Below are positions 1 through 9,840 of a DNA stretch of 64,000 nucleotides, piece after piece (within the stretch, counting starts at the first letter, position 1; every line of letters begins with the position of its first letter). Location of the stretch: assembly GCA_965243025.1 (NCBI GenBank), contig CBDETY010000003.1, forward strand, positions 5,984,001 to 6,048,000, written 5' to 3'. Under the pieces are notes generated by a model. That model saw only the letters and a program-made list of their open reading frames with translations. It had not been told where the DNA came from and did not search any database. The translations under genes and the position numbers were made by a program. This DNA is from Candidatus Latescibacterota bacterium (GTDB lineage: Bacteria; Latescibacterota; UBA2968; UBA8231).

Positions 1-2
1 AG

Positions 3-995
3 GAAGCCCCGGTTGAAGAGCGCTACAAGGGGATCGGCCGGCGCGGGGCCATTTTCACCGCGGCCTCGCCCGACGGCCTGCGCTGGCGCAAGAACCCCGA
101 ACCGGTGCAGACCGAAGGCCCGTTCGACTCGCACAACATCGCCTTCCGCGACCCGTGGACGGGCCAGTACGTCATGTACACCCGCGGCATCCGCCGCGAC
201 GGCGAGCTCGGCCACGGGGCCACCCGCGCCTTCAAGGGGGGCGTTCGCTGGATTCGCAGGGCAACCTCCGACGACTTCCACCACTGGAGTCCGCTGGAAG
301 CCATCGACACGGGGGACGCGCCGCTGGAGCACCTGTACACCAACTCCTGCGTCCCTTACGAGCGCGCCCCCGGACTCTACCTGATGTTCCCCTCCCGCTT
401 CGTCGACAGCCGCAGCCCCACGCCGGGCTGGCCGTACCCCGGGGTCAACGACGCCGTGCTGATGAGCAGCCGCGACGGCCTCCGCTTCGACCGCCTCTTC
501 CCCGAAGCCTTCGTGCGCCCGGGACCGGACCCCGGCAACTGGCACGACCGCGGCGTCTACGTAATGCGCGGCCTGCTGCGCACCGGACCGGCCGAGCTGT
601 CGCTCTACATGACCGAGCACTGGCGCCTGCCCACCTCCTGCATCCGCCGCCTGACCCTGCGCCTCGACGGCTTCGCCTCGGTGCAGGCGCCCTACCGCGG
701 CGGCCAGCTCGTCACCAGGCCGCTGATCTTCAGCGGCGATCAGCTGCGGCTCAACATGTCGACCTCGGCGGCCGGCAGCATCCGCGTCGAGGTCCGGGAC
801 GAAAACGGCAGGCCATTCCCGGGGCTGTCGCTGGGCGACTCGCCCGAGCTGTTTCAGGACCGGACGGATCTGGCGGTGGAGTGGAAATCCGGGGCCGGGG
901 TGGGTCCCCTGGCCGGGAGGCCGGTGCGCCTGCGGTTCGTCATGTACGACGCCGACCTGTACGCGCTGCGTTTCTGCCGCAGGGACGACGAGTGA
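3..995 (+). CDS. Glycoside-hydrolase-like five-bladed beta-propeller protein (GH32/43/130-clan-like) with C-terminal beta-sandwich; 5' end lies upstream of the window
   Basis: Frame is open from base 3 (EAPVEERYKG...). Asp-box-like SPDGLRW, SDDFHHW and SRDGLRF repeats; C-terminal LRLDGFASV...GRPVRLRFVMYDADLYAL. Paralog at 15986-17575. Confidence 0.7.
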   Translation, partial: EAPVEERYKGIGRRGAIFTAASPDGLRWRKNPEPVQTEGPFDSHNIAFRDPWTGQYVMYTRGIRRDGELGHGATRAFKGGVRWIRRATSDDFHHWSPLEAIDTGDAPLEHLYTNSCVPYERAPGLYLMFPSRFVDSRSPTPGWPYPGVNDAVLMSSRDGLRFDRLFPEAFVRPGPDPGNWHDRGVYVMRGLLRTGPAELSLYMTEHWRLPTSCIRRLTLRLDGFASVQAPYRGGQLVTRPLIFSGDQLRLNMSTSAAGSIRVEVRDENGRPFPGLSLGDSPELFQDRTDLAVEWKSGAGVGPLAGRPVRLRFVMYDADLYALRFCRRDDE

Positions 996-1117
996 TTCGC
1001 CGCTGAGTATGGGATATCAAGCAGGGTCGCGGTGCCTGGCCCGGGTCCCTCCGGTGCCCCCAGGCCACGAAGCCGGGCTCCGCAACCGGGGGGTTCCCCG
1101 CACCCCCGGCCTCGCGC

Positions 1118-3049
1118 TCACATGTAGGTGATGACGTTCCCCGTGCCGCCGGCGATGGCGTCGATGACCGCCCAGAACCCGGCCACGGTCACCTCTCCGA
1201 GGATCATGCCGAGGAAGACGGGCTTGAGGAACCGGTAGACCCGCAAGCCGCCGTAGCCGAGGATGACGGCCTTCAGCGCCCAGGCGAGGAAGGCGGGGAA
1301 CCAGATCTCGCTGGTGAGCCAGCCGACGGCGACGGTGAACCCCAGGGGGTGCAGGGGCCACCAGGACCAGCGCTTCTGCGCCAGCAGCAGGAACCCTTCC
1401 ACGGCCCCGCCGATGCCGGTGAACACCCAGCCGCGCAGGTCGGGGACGGTCGGGTTGTGCATCCACGACAGCAGGTAGTGCCAGCTGTACGCGAACCCGG
1501 GATAGGTGCCGAGGTTGTTGCCGCCGTAGGTGTAGCCGATCCGCAGGTTCATCCAGGTGGCCGCGGCGAGGCTGCACAGGAGCGCCAGCAGCATCGCCCA
1601 CAGCAGCCGTCGCTTCGACCCGGGGACGCTCTCGGCCAGCTTGAGGGCGTTGGCGCAGGCGAGCATCGGGGACATCCGCATCTCCGCCTGCCAGGCCATG
1701 GTGAACCCCAGCGCCACCAGCCCCTTGGCCCCGAGAATGGAAGTGCCCATTCCGGAGATGACGAAGTACGGGGCGATCAGGGGCGGGCGCGCCGTAGGCA
1801 CCCCGCTGGCGGCGACGAGGCGGGTGACGAAGAGGTAGTAGACGAGGCAGATGCCGAAGAAGAGGGGCAGCACGGCCAGCGGGATTCCCGACCGCCAGAG
1901 CCAGGCGCAGACGAAGATCCCCGAGCCGATCATGCCGAAAAAGGCCAGCCGGTAGGGCATCAGCTCCTCGCTGTCGTCCACGCCCTGCGAGGGCCGCCAG
2001 GCCTTGACGGCGACGTCGCGCAGGTGGCGGCGGGCGATCCACAGGCCGTAGAGGACGAAGGCGATGACGGCCCCGGCGGCCTGGTGGGAGAAGTCCGCGG
2101 TCTGCGAGTACTCGAAATAGCTGAGCCGTTCGGTGCTGGCGATCCCGAGGCGGCGGAACAGCCCGCCCTGCAGCTTGAGCAGGAGGTAGAAGAACCAGAT
2201 GCTGAAGGAGATCTCGAGGTCGACGAGGTAGAAGAAGCCGAGCCAGGCGTAGCTCAGGGCGATCCCCTCGCCCCAGGCATCGATGCTGCGGAACCAGTTG
2301 ACCCAGCCGAGGTAGAAGGGGAACTCCGGTATGGCCGGGAAGTAGTGGTTGAGTCCGGTGAGGCTGAAAAGCGTGAAGGGGATGGCGAAGCCCAGCCACA
2401 TCCCCCTCTTCCTGAAGAAGGGCAGGATGCGGCTCCCGGGTGAGTCGGCCCCGTCGAGCATGCGCGCCGGCAGCTGCACCATCGGGTAGCTGAGGCGCTC
2501 GTGCCGCGACCACTGGCGGTGCATGATCGCGGCCATGCAGAACATCATGAAGCTCAGGGCGAGGTAGAAGGCGAACCAGTGGCCGAGCGGCTCGATCCAG
2601 GCTCCCCAGGGGATCGACTCGCCGCGGGGCAGGCCTTCGTACAGGTGGAAGATCGCCCCGCGGTCCCGGGGGACCATCCATTCGGGGATGTAGGGGTGGT
2701 AGATCCCGGCGAACTCGTTCTCCGCGGTGGCGAAGTAGTAGGGCCCCGTGAGGATGACGATGAGGAAGTTGAGGAAGTTGTAGGTCGGCGCCGTCACCGC
2801 CACCATCAGCATGGCGTAGACGAGGACGAGGTCTCCCCTGCCGAGACAGAAACATCTCCCGATCATGCCGAGCAGGGTGTTGACGGCGAAGACGAGGAGG
2901 AAGAAGAAGAAGATGGCCCCCGGCGAGGAGCTGTTGATCCCCATGGCCGAGGCCTGGAGAACGAAGACGACGTACGGCGCGCACAGGCTCACCGCGACCG
3001 CGAAGACGGTCCCGACGATGAACCCCTTGGCGGTGAAGGGGGACCTCAA
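1118..3049 (-). CDS. Multi-pass membrane protein, OPT-superfamily-like (DUF6785/DUF6784 type) putative transporter
   Basis: 643 aa with many TM helices; motifs RQWSRHERLSYPMVQLP, WWPLHPLGF and YGGLRVYRFLKPVFLGMILG. Confidence 0.8.
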   Translation of the reverse strand: MRSPFTAKGFIVGTVFAVAVSLCAPYVVFVLQASAMGINSSSPGAIFFFFLLVFAVNTLLGMIGRCFCLGRGDLVLVYAMLMVAVTAPTYNFLNFLIVILTGPYYFATAENEFAGIYHPYIPEWMVPRDRGAIFHLYEGLPRGESIPWGAWIEPLGHWFAFYLALSFMMFCMAAIMHRQWSRHERLSYPMVQLPARMLDGADSPGSRILPFFRKRGMWLGFAIPFTLFSLTGLNHYFPAIPEFPFYLGWVNWFRSIDAWGEGIALSYAWLGFFYLVDLEISFSIWFFYLLLKLQGGLFRRLGIASTERLSYFEYSQTADFSHQAAGAVIAFVLYGLWIARRHLRDVAVKAWRPSQGVDDSEELMPYRLAFFGMIGSGIFVCAWLWRSGIPLAVLPLFFGICLVYYLFVTRLVAASGVPTARPPLIAPYFVISGMGTSILGAKGLVALGFTMAWQAEMRMSPMLACANALKLAESVPGSKRRLLWAMLLALLCSLAAATWMNLRIGYTYGGNNLGTYPGFAYSWHYLLSWMHNPTVPDLRGWVFTGIGGAVEGFLLLAQKRWSWWPLHPLGFTVAVGWLTSEIWFPAFLAWALKAVILGYGGLRVYRFLKPVFLGMILGEVTVAGFWAVIDAIAGGTGNVITYM

Positions 3050-3074
3050 CGGATGCGGACAGGTGCGGTTCGGG

Positions 3075-3866
3075 TCAGCCCAGCTCGACGGTGTCGGTCC
3101 GGCCGATCTCCTTGGGGTGCATGTAGTCGTCGTCGCTGACGAGCTCGACCAGGGGCGGCGGCAGCAGGGCCTTCAGGCCGTCGGTGTAGCGGTGGTCCCA
3201 GCCGCGGGTCTGGGTCTTGTAGCGGTAGTTGACCATGCAGCGCTGGCGGTCGGCCGGACGCCACGGGATGACCCCGTGGGTGGTCAGCTCCGCGAAGAGG
3301 ACGGCGTCGCCGGCGGCCGGGGTGACGTTGACGACCCCGGGGGGAAGCTCGTCGCCGATGACGCCGCCGTGGAACGACTCCTGCGGCCGCGGGAAGGCGC
3401 TCTTGTGGGAGCCGGGGACGAGGACGAGGCCGCCGTCGCCGGGACGCACCTCGGTCAGGTAGAAGAAGATGACGAAGTCGTTGCAGAAGACGCGCCCGTC
3501 GCGGCACTCGTAGCGGGTCGCGTCGAAGCCATAGTCCTCGCGGGCGCAGTGCAGGTGGAGCCCCCCTTCCCCCTGACTGTTGCAGATGACGCCGCTGCCC
3601 GACATCTGCGGCCGGCCGTTGGTCAGCTCGCGGACGATAGGCCAGGTCTTCGGGTGCACGGCGAGGGCGTCGAGGGCCGGGTCGAAGCCGACGGCGTGAT
3701 GGTACTCCTTCTCCAGGATCCGGTACCCGTCCGGCAGCTCTTCCGGGGGGGTGCCCAGGTAGCGCTTCGCCGCCTCCTGCGCCCGCGCCAGCTCATCACC
3801 CTGCAGCACCTGCTCCAGGTGGAGGTACCCGGTCAGGTCGAAAAAGTAGCGTTGTTCCGGTGTCAT
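3075..3866 (-). CDS. Phytanoyl-CoA dioxygenase (PhyH) family Fe(II)/2OG oxygenase
   Basis: MTPEQRYFFDLTGYLHL start; GGLVLVPGSHK; AGDAVLFAELTTHG. Confidence 0.85.
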   Translation of the reverse strand: MTPEQRYFFDLTGYLHLEQVLQGDELARAQEAAKRYLGTPPEELPDGYRILEKEYHHAVGFDPALDALAVHPKTWPIVRELTNGRPQMSGSGVICNSQGEGGLHLHCAREDYGFDATRYECRDGRVFCNDFVIFFYLTEVRPGDGGLVLVPGSHKSAFPRPQESFHGGVIGDELPPGVVNVTPAAGDAVLFAELTTHGVIPWRPADRQRCMVNYRYKTQTRGWDHRYTDGLKALLPPPLVELVSDDDYMHPKEIGRTDTVELG

Positions 3867-4053
3867 GTTTCCCTCTGCTCCTCGTGAACGGCCGGCGGTC
3901 CTTTCTTATATCTCCGTTTGAAATGCTGCGGGCCTGATCTTGGGCCACATTCACCGACAACGCAAGGAGGCTGCCGGGTGTGGATTTGAACCGCCGCCAT
4001 CCCCGTGAGGATACGGCCCTGGCCGCTGGGAACCGCGTGGGCCCGAACTGACC

Positions 4054-5010
4054 GTGTCCGGTTCTACCGCATCGCTTCCTTCCGCCTTCGTCGAACGCCT
4101 GAAGGAAATCGGCTCCTGTTCCGGGGTCGAGGTCGACTGGTCCGCCTTCGGGCGGGAGCGGGCCACCGCCTTCCGCTGCAACAGCCTGAAAACGGACGCC
4201 GCCTCGCTGCGGGCGGAGCTGGAGTCCGCCGGGTTCGCGCTGCGTCCCGTGCCGGGGATCGACGGCGCCTTCGCGGTCGGCCAGGAGCAGCGGCGCGCCC
4301 TGACCGGGACCCGGGCGAACGCCGAGGGGCGGCTGTTCATCCAGAACCCGTCGAGCATGGTTCCGCCCCTGGCCCTCGATCCGCAGCCGGGGGAGGAGGT
4401 GCTCGACCTCGCCGCGGCCCCCGGCGGCAAGGCCTCCCACCTCGCCGCCCTCATGGGCAACAGCGGCCGCATCGCCGCGGTGGACTCGGCGCGGCCCCGC
4501 TTCTTCCGCCTGCGCCGCACCCTCGAGCAGCTCGGGGTAACCAACGCCGGCACCTACCTCCGGGACGGGGCCGGCGTCTGGAAGGTGCGGCCGGAGCACT
4601 TCGACCGCGTCCTGCTCGACGCCCCCTGCTCCGGGGAGGGGCGCTTCACGACGGCTGACACCGCCTCGTTCGCGCGCTGGAGCGAGAGGAAGGTCGCGCA
4701 GATGGTCCGCCGGCAGAGGCGGCTGCTCTACTCGGCGGTCCGCGCCCTGAAGCCGGGCGGCGTGCTCGTCTACAGCACCTGCACCTTCGCCCCGGAAGAG
4801 AACGAGCTGATCGTCGAGTGGGCCCTGCGGCGCTTCGCCTGCCTGCGGGTCGAGGCGGTCGAGTTCGAACTGCCCTCGGCATCCGCCGGAATCACCCGCT
4901 GGCGGAACAGGGAGCTGGATCCGGACCTGAAGCGGGCCCTGCGGATCTGGCCCGACGGCGTCATGGAGGGGTTCTTCGTCGCCCGCCTGCGCAAGACCGC
5001 GGGCGGGTAA
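4054..5010 (+). CDS. RsmB/RsmF/NOP2 family RNA m5C methyltransferase
   Basis: QNPSSM, VLDLAAAPGGK, VLLDAPCSGEG, LVYSTCTFAPEENE and GFFVARLRK motifs. Confidence 0.92.
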   Translation: MSGSTASLPSAFVERLKEIGSCSGVEVDWSAFGRERATAFRCNSLKTDAASLRAELESAGFALRPVPGIDGAFAVGQEQRRALTGTRANAEGRLFIQNPSSMVPPLALDPQPGEEVLDLAAAPGGKASHLAALMGNSGRIAAVDSARPRFFRLRRTLEQLGVTNAGTYLRDGAGVWKVRPEHFDRVLLDAPCSGEGRFTTADTASFARWSERKVAQMVRRQRRLLYSAVRALKPGGVLVYSTCTFAPEENELIVEWALRRFACLRVEAVEFELPSASAGITRWRNRELDPDLKRALRIWPDGVMEGFFVARLRKTAGG

Positions 5011-5013
5011 GCT

Positions 5014-7302
5014 TCAGTCGAGGAGCAGCGACAGCCCGGCGTGAGCGGAACGCCCGGGGGCCGGCTCGAAGAAGCGGTCGCCGAAGGCGTTGGGCACCAC
5101 CGAGCCGCTGTAGGCGGCGCCGAGGAGATTGTCGATGCCGGCGAACAGCTCCAGGGGGCGGGGCCATCCCGGCCGCAGCGCCAGGCGCGCGCCTACTGTG
5201 GTGAAGGCGCGGTTGACGTAGTCGCCCCGCGGCTTGTCGACTCCGGGCGGCGGGCCGTTGAAATCGTTGGCGAAATACTCCCCGACGCGGCGCAGCTCGA
5301 GCCCGCCCGTGAACGCGGCGAGGCGGTATTCCAGCTGCGACCAGAGCTGGCCGCGCGGCGTGCCCGGCACCTGGTTGCCGGCCAGCTGCACCAGCTCACC
5401 GTCCCTCTCCACGGCGAACTCCTCGAAGGTGAAGTCGCCCAAGGAATAGCTCAGCGATAGCCTCCAGGGCGGCCGCGGCCTCCAGGAGAGGCGCGTCTCG
5501 AGGCCGCGGTTGCCGGTCCTACCGGCGTTGCGGTAGAAGATCTCGTCGCTGCCGGCGAGCTGGTAGGGGATCAGCATGTCGTCGAGGGTGAAGCGGAAGA
5601 GCGCCAGGGAGTACTCCAGGCCGCGGCGGGTCCACGCTCCCCTGAGCCCGGCCTCCAGGCTGCGCAGCAGCTCCGGGTCGAGGTCGGGGTTGAAGCCGCC
5701 GGCCCCCCCGGGGCGGTTGCTGAGCTCGACGGTGGTCGGGGTCTGGAAGGCGGTGGCGTAGTTGGCGAAGGCGGTGACCTGCTTCCGGGGAGAGAAGGCG
5801 ATTCCCATGGCCGGGCTGAACCGGGCCATGGCGCGCGCGCCGCTGTCGTCGCTGCCGTCGGTCAGGTGGCGGTCCCGGGCTTCGAACCGGTAGCGGTCGT
5901 AGCGGCCCCCGGCAGACAGGGTCCAGCGGGGAGTCAGCTTCAGGTCGAAGGCGGCGAACGGCCCCAGGCCCGTCACCTGCTCCTCCTGCAGCAGCGAGCG
6001 CTCCCCGTACAGGACGGCGTCGAGCACCTCTGAGGCGGGGATAGCGTCGATCCGCTCCTCCGGCAGCCCCTCGTTTGCGAACTCGGCGCGCTCGTCCCGC
6101 TGCCCTTCGAGGTCGACCCCCGCGGTCAGGCGTCCCTCCCTGCCGGCCAGGCGCAGGGGCCGGGTGAAGGTCGAGCGCACCCCGCCGCCGCGGCGGTCGA
6201 GCTCGATGATGCGGCCGGGAATCGGGTTTTCGAGGGAGCGCGCCAGGCCGTAGAGGGTGACCTGGAGGCTTCCGCCCCGGAGGGGGGCGGTCAGCGTCAG
6301 TCCTCCCTGGCCCTGGCGCAGCCGCTTGGAAGCCCCCTGGGAGCGCACGAAGAAGCGGGCGCCGCGCGGGTCGCTGTCGGCGGCCTCGCGGGACAGGGAG
6401 CTGGGATTCAGCAGGTAGGGGGCGTCGACGAAATTGAACACCGAGGTCACCGCTAACGAGCCGGTGACCGGATGCCTGCCGGCGAGATTGAAGCGGCGCG
6501 TGAGACCGGCGGCGTGATCGCGGTATCCCTCCCGCTCGAGCTGGCCGGCGCTGAGAACGAGAGCGTGTCCCGAGCGCACGAGGTCGGCTGACGCCCGCAC
6601 CTGCCTCATGCCGCCGGAACCGACGATCACCGCCGGCTCGACCCCGGCCGCGGCCGCCGGGGGACGGGTGCGGAAATGGATGACCCCCCCGGCGGCGTTG
6701 CCGTAGAGCCAGGAGCTCGGCCCGCGCAGCACCTCGACGTCCCCGACGGCGTGGAGGTCGAGGTTGTTGAGCTGGGACTGGCCGTCCGGCATTGTCAGCG
6801 GCACGTCGTCGACCAGCACGCGGATGCCGCGCACGCCGAAGCTGGCGCGGCTGCCGATGCCGCGGATCGAGACGCGGTCCCCCTGCGACAGGTTGCCGCG
6901 GTCGCTCACCGCGACGCCGGGCAGCTCCCGAAGGGCTTCGTCGAGGGAGACCCCGGATTCCCCGCGGAAGGAGCCGGCCCCGAGCCGGTCGACGCTGAAC
7001 GGGACCTCCTGCAGCGGCGACGGCACCCGGGTGGCGGTGACCTCCACCTCGGGAAACTCGACGGGGGTCGGCGAATCGACGGCCGCGGTGTCGGGCCGGG
7101 CTTCGCCCCCCGCGGAAGGGCCGGCTGCCGCCCCGGAGAGTGAGAAGAGGAGAAACAGTCCCGCGGCCAGGAGCGGCTGCAACCTGCCGGCGAGCCCCGG
7201 GATCACGCTTTTTTCGGAGACCGGGCGCCACCCGCCCGCGAGGGTCCGGGTCAGCCCCGCGGCCAGGACCGGCCGCAGCCTGCCCGGGAGCGCCGCGATC
7301 AC
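5014..7302 (-). CDS. TonB-dependent receptor (start GTG 7302 or 7206)
   Basis: TonB-box-like EVEVTATR; plug SIRGIG...VEVLRGPSSWLYGNAAGGVI; C-terminal NLLG...PAPGRSAHAGLSL. GTG at 7302 overlaps the upstream stop (GTGA). Confidence 0.9.
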   Translation of the reverse strand: MIAALPGRLRPVLAAGLTRTLAGGWRPVSEKSVIPGLAGRLQPLLAAGLFLLFSLSGAAAGPSAGGEARPDTAAVDSPTPVEFPEVEVTATRVPSPLQEVPFSVDRLGAGSFRGESGVSLDEALRELPGVAVSDRGNLSQGDRVSIRGIGSRASFGVRGIRVLVDDVPLTMPDGQSQLNNLDLHAVGDVEVLRGPSSWLYGNAAGGVIHFRTRPPAAAAGVEPAVIVGSGGMRQVRASADLVRSGHALVLSAGQLEREGYRDHAAGLTRRFNLAGRHPVTGSLAVTSVFNFVDAPYLLNPSSLSREAADSDPRGARFFVRSQGASKRLRQGQGGLTLTAPLRGGSLQVTLYGLARSLENPIPGRIIELDRRGGGVRSTFTRPLRLAGREGRLTAGVDLEGQRDERAEFANEGLPEERIDAIPASEVLDAVLYGERSLLQEEQVTGLGPFAAFDLKLTPRWTLSAGGRYDRYRFEARDRHLTDGSDDSGARAMARFSPAMGIAFSPRKQVTAFANYATAFQTPTTVELSNRPGGAGGFNPDLDPELLRSLEAGLRGAWTRRGLEYSLALFRFTLDDMLIPYQLAGSDEIFYRNAGRTGNRGLETRLSWRPRPPWRLSLSYSLGDFTFEEFAVERDGELVQLAGNQVPGTPRGQLWSQLEYRLAAFTGGLELRRVGEYFANDFNGPPPGVDKPRGDYVNRAFTTVGARLALRPGWPRPLELFAGIDNLLGAAYSGSVVPNAFGDRFFEPAPGRSAHAGLSLLLD

Positions 7303-8237
7303 GCCTGCGGCCGTTTCATCGGCATCGCGAAGCGGCGCTCGTCGTAGGTGCCCATAACGTACTCGGCATGGGTCGGGTGGCCGTCGTCGACGAGGTCGAC
7401 CCCCCGGCGGGCGGTTCCGTGAAGGTCGGTGGCGGGTTCGAGAAGCTCGAGGGGGAGCTGTTTGGCCTCCACCTCGATGCGGTCCTCGAACACCGAGTAG
7501 ACCGCGTAGTCGCTCGGGAAGGAAGCGGTGCCGGAAACCGTTATGTGAAAGATCGACTGCCTGCAGACCAGCCCGGTGACGTGGAGGTGCCCGCTGAGGA
7601 CGGCGACGACGCTGTCGGCGTGTTCCTCGACGAGGGCGAGGATCTCCGGCTCCCGCGTCATCCACGACTCGATGTTCAGCGTCGCGGCCAGCAGCTCCGG
7701 ATCCCTCATCGGCACCAGGGGCACGTGGCAGCAGAGGATCTTGGGAACCCCGCGATGCGCCTCGAGGGTGTCGCGCAGCCAGCGCTCGCGGCGGGCGTAC
7801 ACCTCCGGTCCGCAGGTGCCGGATCCGGAGTTGTCGAGCATCGCGAACAGCATGCCCCCGTGCACCTGGGCATGGCTGGTGGCCTCGACCCCGAACGCCT
7901 GTTCGAAGAGGGCGGCGTACTCCCGGTCCCCTTCGCGGGCGTTGGTCTCGTGGTTTCCCGGCACCGCCAGCAGCGGCTGGCGGATGCCCTGCGTCAGGGC
8001 GCCGAAGGCCTCGTAGTCCTCCCGGGCGTTGTCCGGGGAGCCGCCGTGGATGGCGTCCCCGATGCAGAGGACGAGGTCGATGTCTGCGAGGCTGCCGCCG
8101 GCGAGCTGGGAGGTCAGCCAGCGGGCGCGCTCGAGGCCGCCGGCGAACGGGGCCCGCGCCGGGTCGGCGGTGACGTGCAGATCGCTCATCTGCAGAAAGC
8201 GGAACAGCGGTCGGGGCGTGTCTTGAGAAGGGTTCAA
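7299..8237 (-). CDS. Calcineurin-like metallophosphoesterase
   Basis: SDLH, GD, PGNHE, CHVP and SGHLH metal-binding motifs. Confidence 0.9.
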   Translation of the reverse strand: MNPSQDTPRPLFRFLQMSDLHVTADPARAPFAGGLERARWLTSQLAGGSLADIDLVLCIGDAIHGGSPDNAREDYEAFGALTQGIRQPLLAVPGNHETNAREGDREYAALFEQAFGVEATSHAQVHGGMLFAMLDNSGSGTCGPEVYARRERWLRDTLEAHRGVPKILCCHVPLVPMRDPELLAATLNIESWMTREPEILALVEEHADSVVAVLSGHLHVTGLVCRQSIFHITVSGTASFPSDYAVYSVFEDRIEVEAKQLPLELLEPATDLHGTARRGVDLVDDGHPTHAEYVMGTYDERRFAMPMKRPQA

Positions 8238-8510
8238 GGGATTGTCCGTGGTTGCGGTGATGGAGTGACCAATTCTAGCGGGAATCCGGAGGCCGGAGCA
8301 AGGGAATCGGTCTGCAGCCGGTGGCCCCCGCCTGGATGAAGCAGGAACTTGGCGTCAACAAGGCACCGAAGCACTGCCGAGCCTGGGCTGAAACCTCTGC
8401 TTCGCTGCGCAAATCAGTTGATAACCTTGTCTCATCCTCAAAAAACCGACCGCGCAGGTAACACTTCGCACGGCCGCGGGTGTTGAATCTGTAAACGCCC
8501 CGGGGAACAG

Positions 8511-8984
8511 ATGGATCTGGATCTGCTTTACCGCCGCTACGGGCCGATGGTCATGAGGCGCTGCCGGCGGATACTGCGGGACGAGGAGGAGGCGCGCGAC
8601 GCCGCCCAGGATGTCTTCGTGCAGCTGTTGATGAGACAGAAGCGCCTCCGGGACGACGCGCCCTCCAGCCTGCTCTACCGCATGGCAACCAATCTCTGCC
8701 TCAATCGCATCCGCGATGCCGGAAGGCGGAGAACGGCACCGGACTCGACGCTTGTCGAGCAGATCGCCGGCTGGGACGAAACCGAAGGCCGGACCGAGGC
8801 CCGCGACATGCTCGCCAGGCTCTTCCGCCGGGAGCCCGTATCGACGCGCACGATCGCCTTCCTGCATTTCGTCGACGGCATGACTCTGGAGGAGGTGGCC
8901 GGGGAAGTCGGCATGTCGGTTTCCGGCGTGCGCAAGCGGCTGCGCGGCCTGAGGGCGTCCCTGAAGGAACTGGAGAAGGCATGA
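8511..8984 (+). CDS. ECF sigma-70 factor
   Basis: Region 2 (LYRRY...EARDAAQDVF...LYRMATNLCLN) and region 4 (DGMTLEEVAGEVGMSVSGVRKRL). Confidence 0.93.
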   Translation: MDLDLLYRRYGPMVMRRCRRILRDEEEARDAAQDVFVQLLMRQKRLRDDAPSSLLYRMATNLCLNRIRDAGRRRTAPDSTLVEQIAGWDETEGRTEARDMLARLFRREPVSTRTIAFLHFVDGMTLEEVAGEVGMSVSGVRKRLRGLRASLKELEKA

Positions 8985-9814
8985 TGGAACGGCAAGATCG
9001 CCCTGTGAGCGACTGGCAGCTGGAGCGCTACCTGCTGCGGGAGAGCCCCGCATCGGAGTTGGAGGACCTCGATCGCCGGATGGCGGCCGACCCGGAGCTG
9101 GCGCGGCGGCTGGCCGCCCTGAAGCGCTCCGACGAGGACCTGCTCGGGCGCTACCCGCCCGCGTGGATGTGCCGGCAGATCGAGCGGAAGCTGGAGCGGG
9201 GACGGAGCCGTGAGACCCGGCGAACATGGAGCGGGTACCGCCTCTGGGCGGTACCTGCCGTTGCCCTGGTCCTGGCCGTGTTGGCGGTGCCTTCACTTCT
9301 GGACCAGTCCCGGAGAGACCCGGTCGTGCCGGCCGTTGAGAGCGGGACGGGGTACCAGGGCCCGGGCACCCCGTCTGCGGCCGGCGGCGAAGAATCGACC
9401 CTGCGGGTCAAGGGGGGCGAGGGAGGGCCGCGCCTGGCGATCTTCCGCAAGCTGGCCTCCGGCCCGGAGCGCCTGAAAGACGGGGCGGCAGCCCGGGGCG
9501 GGGACCTCGTGCAGATCGCCTACCGCTCGGGCGGCCTCGCGTACGGGGCGATACTCTCGGTCGACGGGCGCGGGGCCGTGACCCGGCACCTGCCGGCCTC
9601 CGGGGAAAAGGCGGTGCCGCTGGCGCGGAGGGATACCCTCGACTTCGCCTACGAGCTGGACGACGCCCCGCGCTGGGAGCGGTTCTTCCTCGTGGCAGGC
9701 GAACGCCGCTTCGGCCTGGAGGAGGTCAGCGAAAAGCTGGCTGCCGGCGATTTGACGCTGGCCGGGGATCTCCGCCTCCACCAGTTCACCCTGAAAAAAC
9801 CTGGGTCACCCTGA
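8981..9814 (+). CDS. Putative membrane-spanning anti-sigma factor with periplasmic DUF4384-like domain (myxobacterial 'ActD-like' type)
   Basis: ATGA overlap with the sigma gene; N-terminal SDWQLERYLL; single TM (LWAVPAVALVLAVLAV); RVKG; GDLVQIAY...ILSVDGRGAVTRHLP...YELDDAPRWERFF. Confidence 0.75.
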   Translation: MMERQDRPVSDWQLERYLLRESPASELEDLDRRMAADPELARRLAALKRSDEDLLGRYPPAWMCRQIERKLERGRSRETRRTWSGYRLWAVPAVALVLAVLAVPSLLDQSRRDPVVPAVESGTGYQGPGTPSAAGGEESTLRVKGGEGGPRLAIFRKLASGPERLKDGAAARGGDLVQIAYRSGGLAYGAILSVDGRGAVTRHLPASGEKAVPLARRDTLDFAYELDDAPRWERFFLVAGERRFGLEEVSEKLAAGDLTLAGDLRLHQFTLKKPGSP

Positions 9815-9840
9815 ACCGGGAACCTCCAGTCTCGGGAGTT

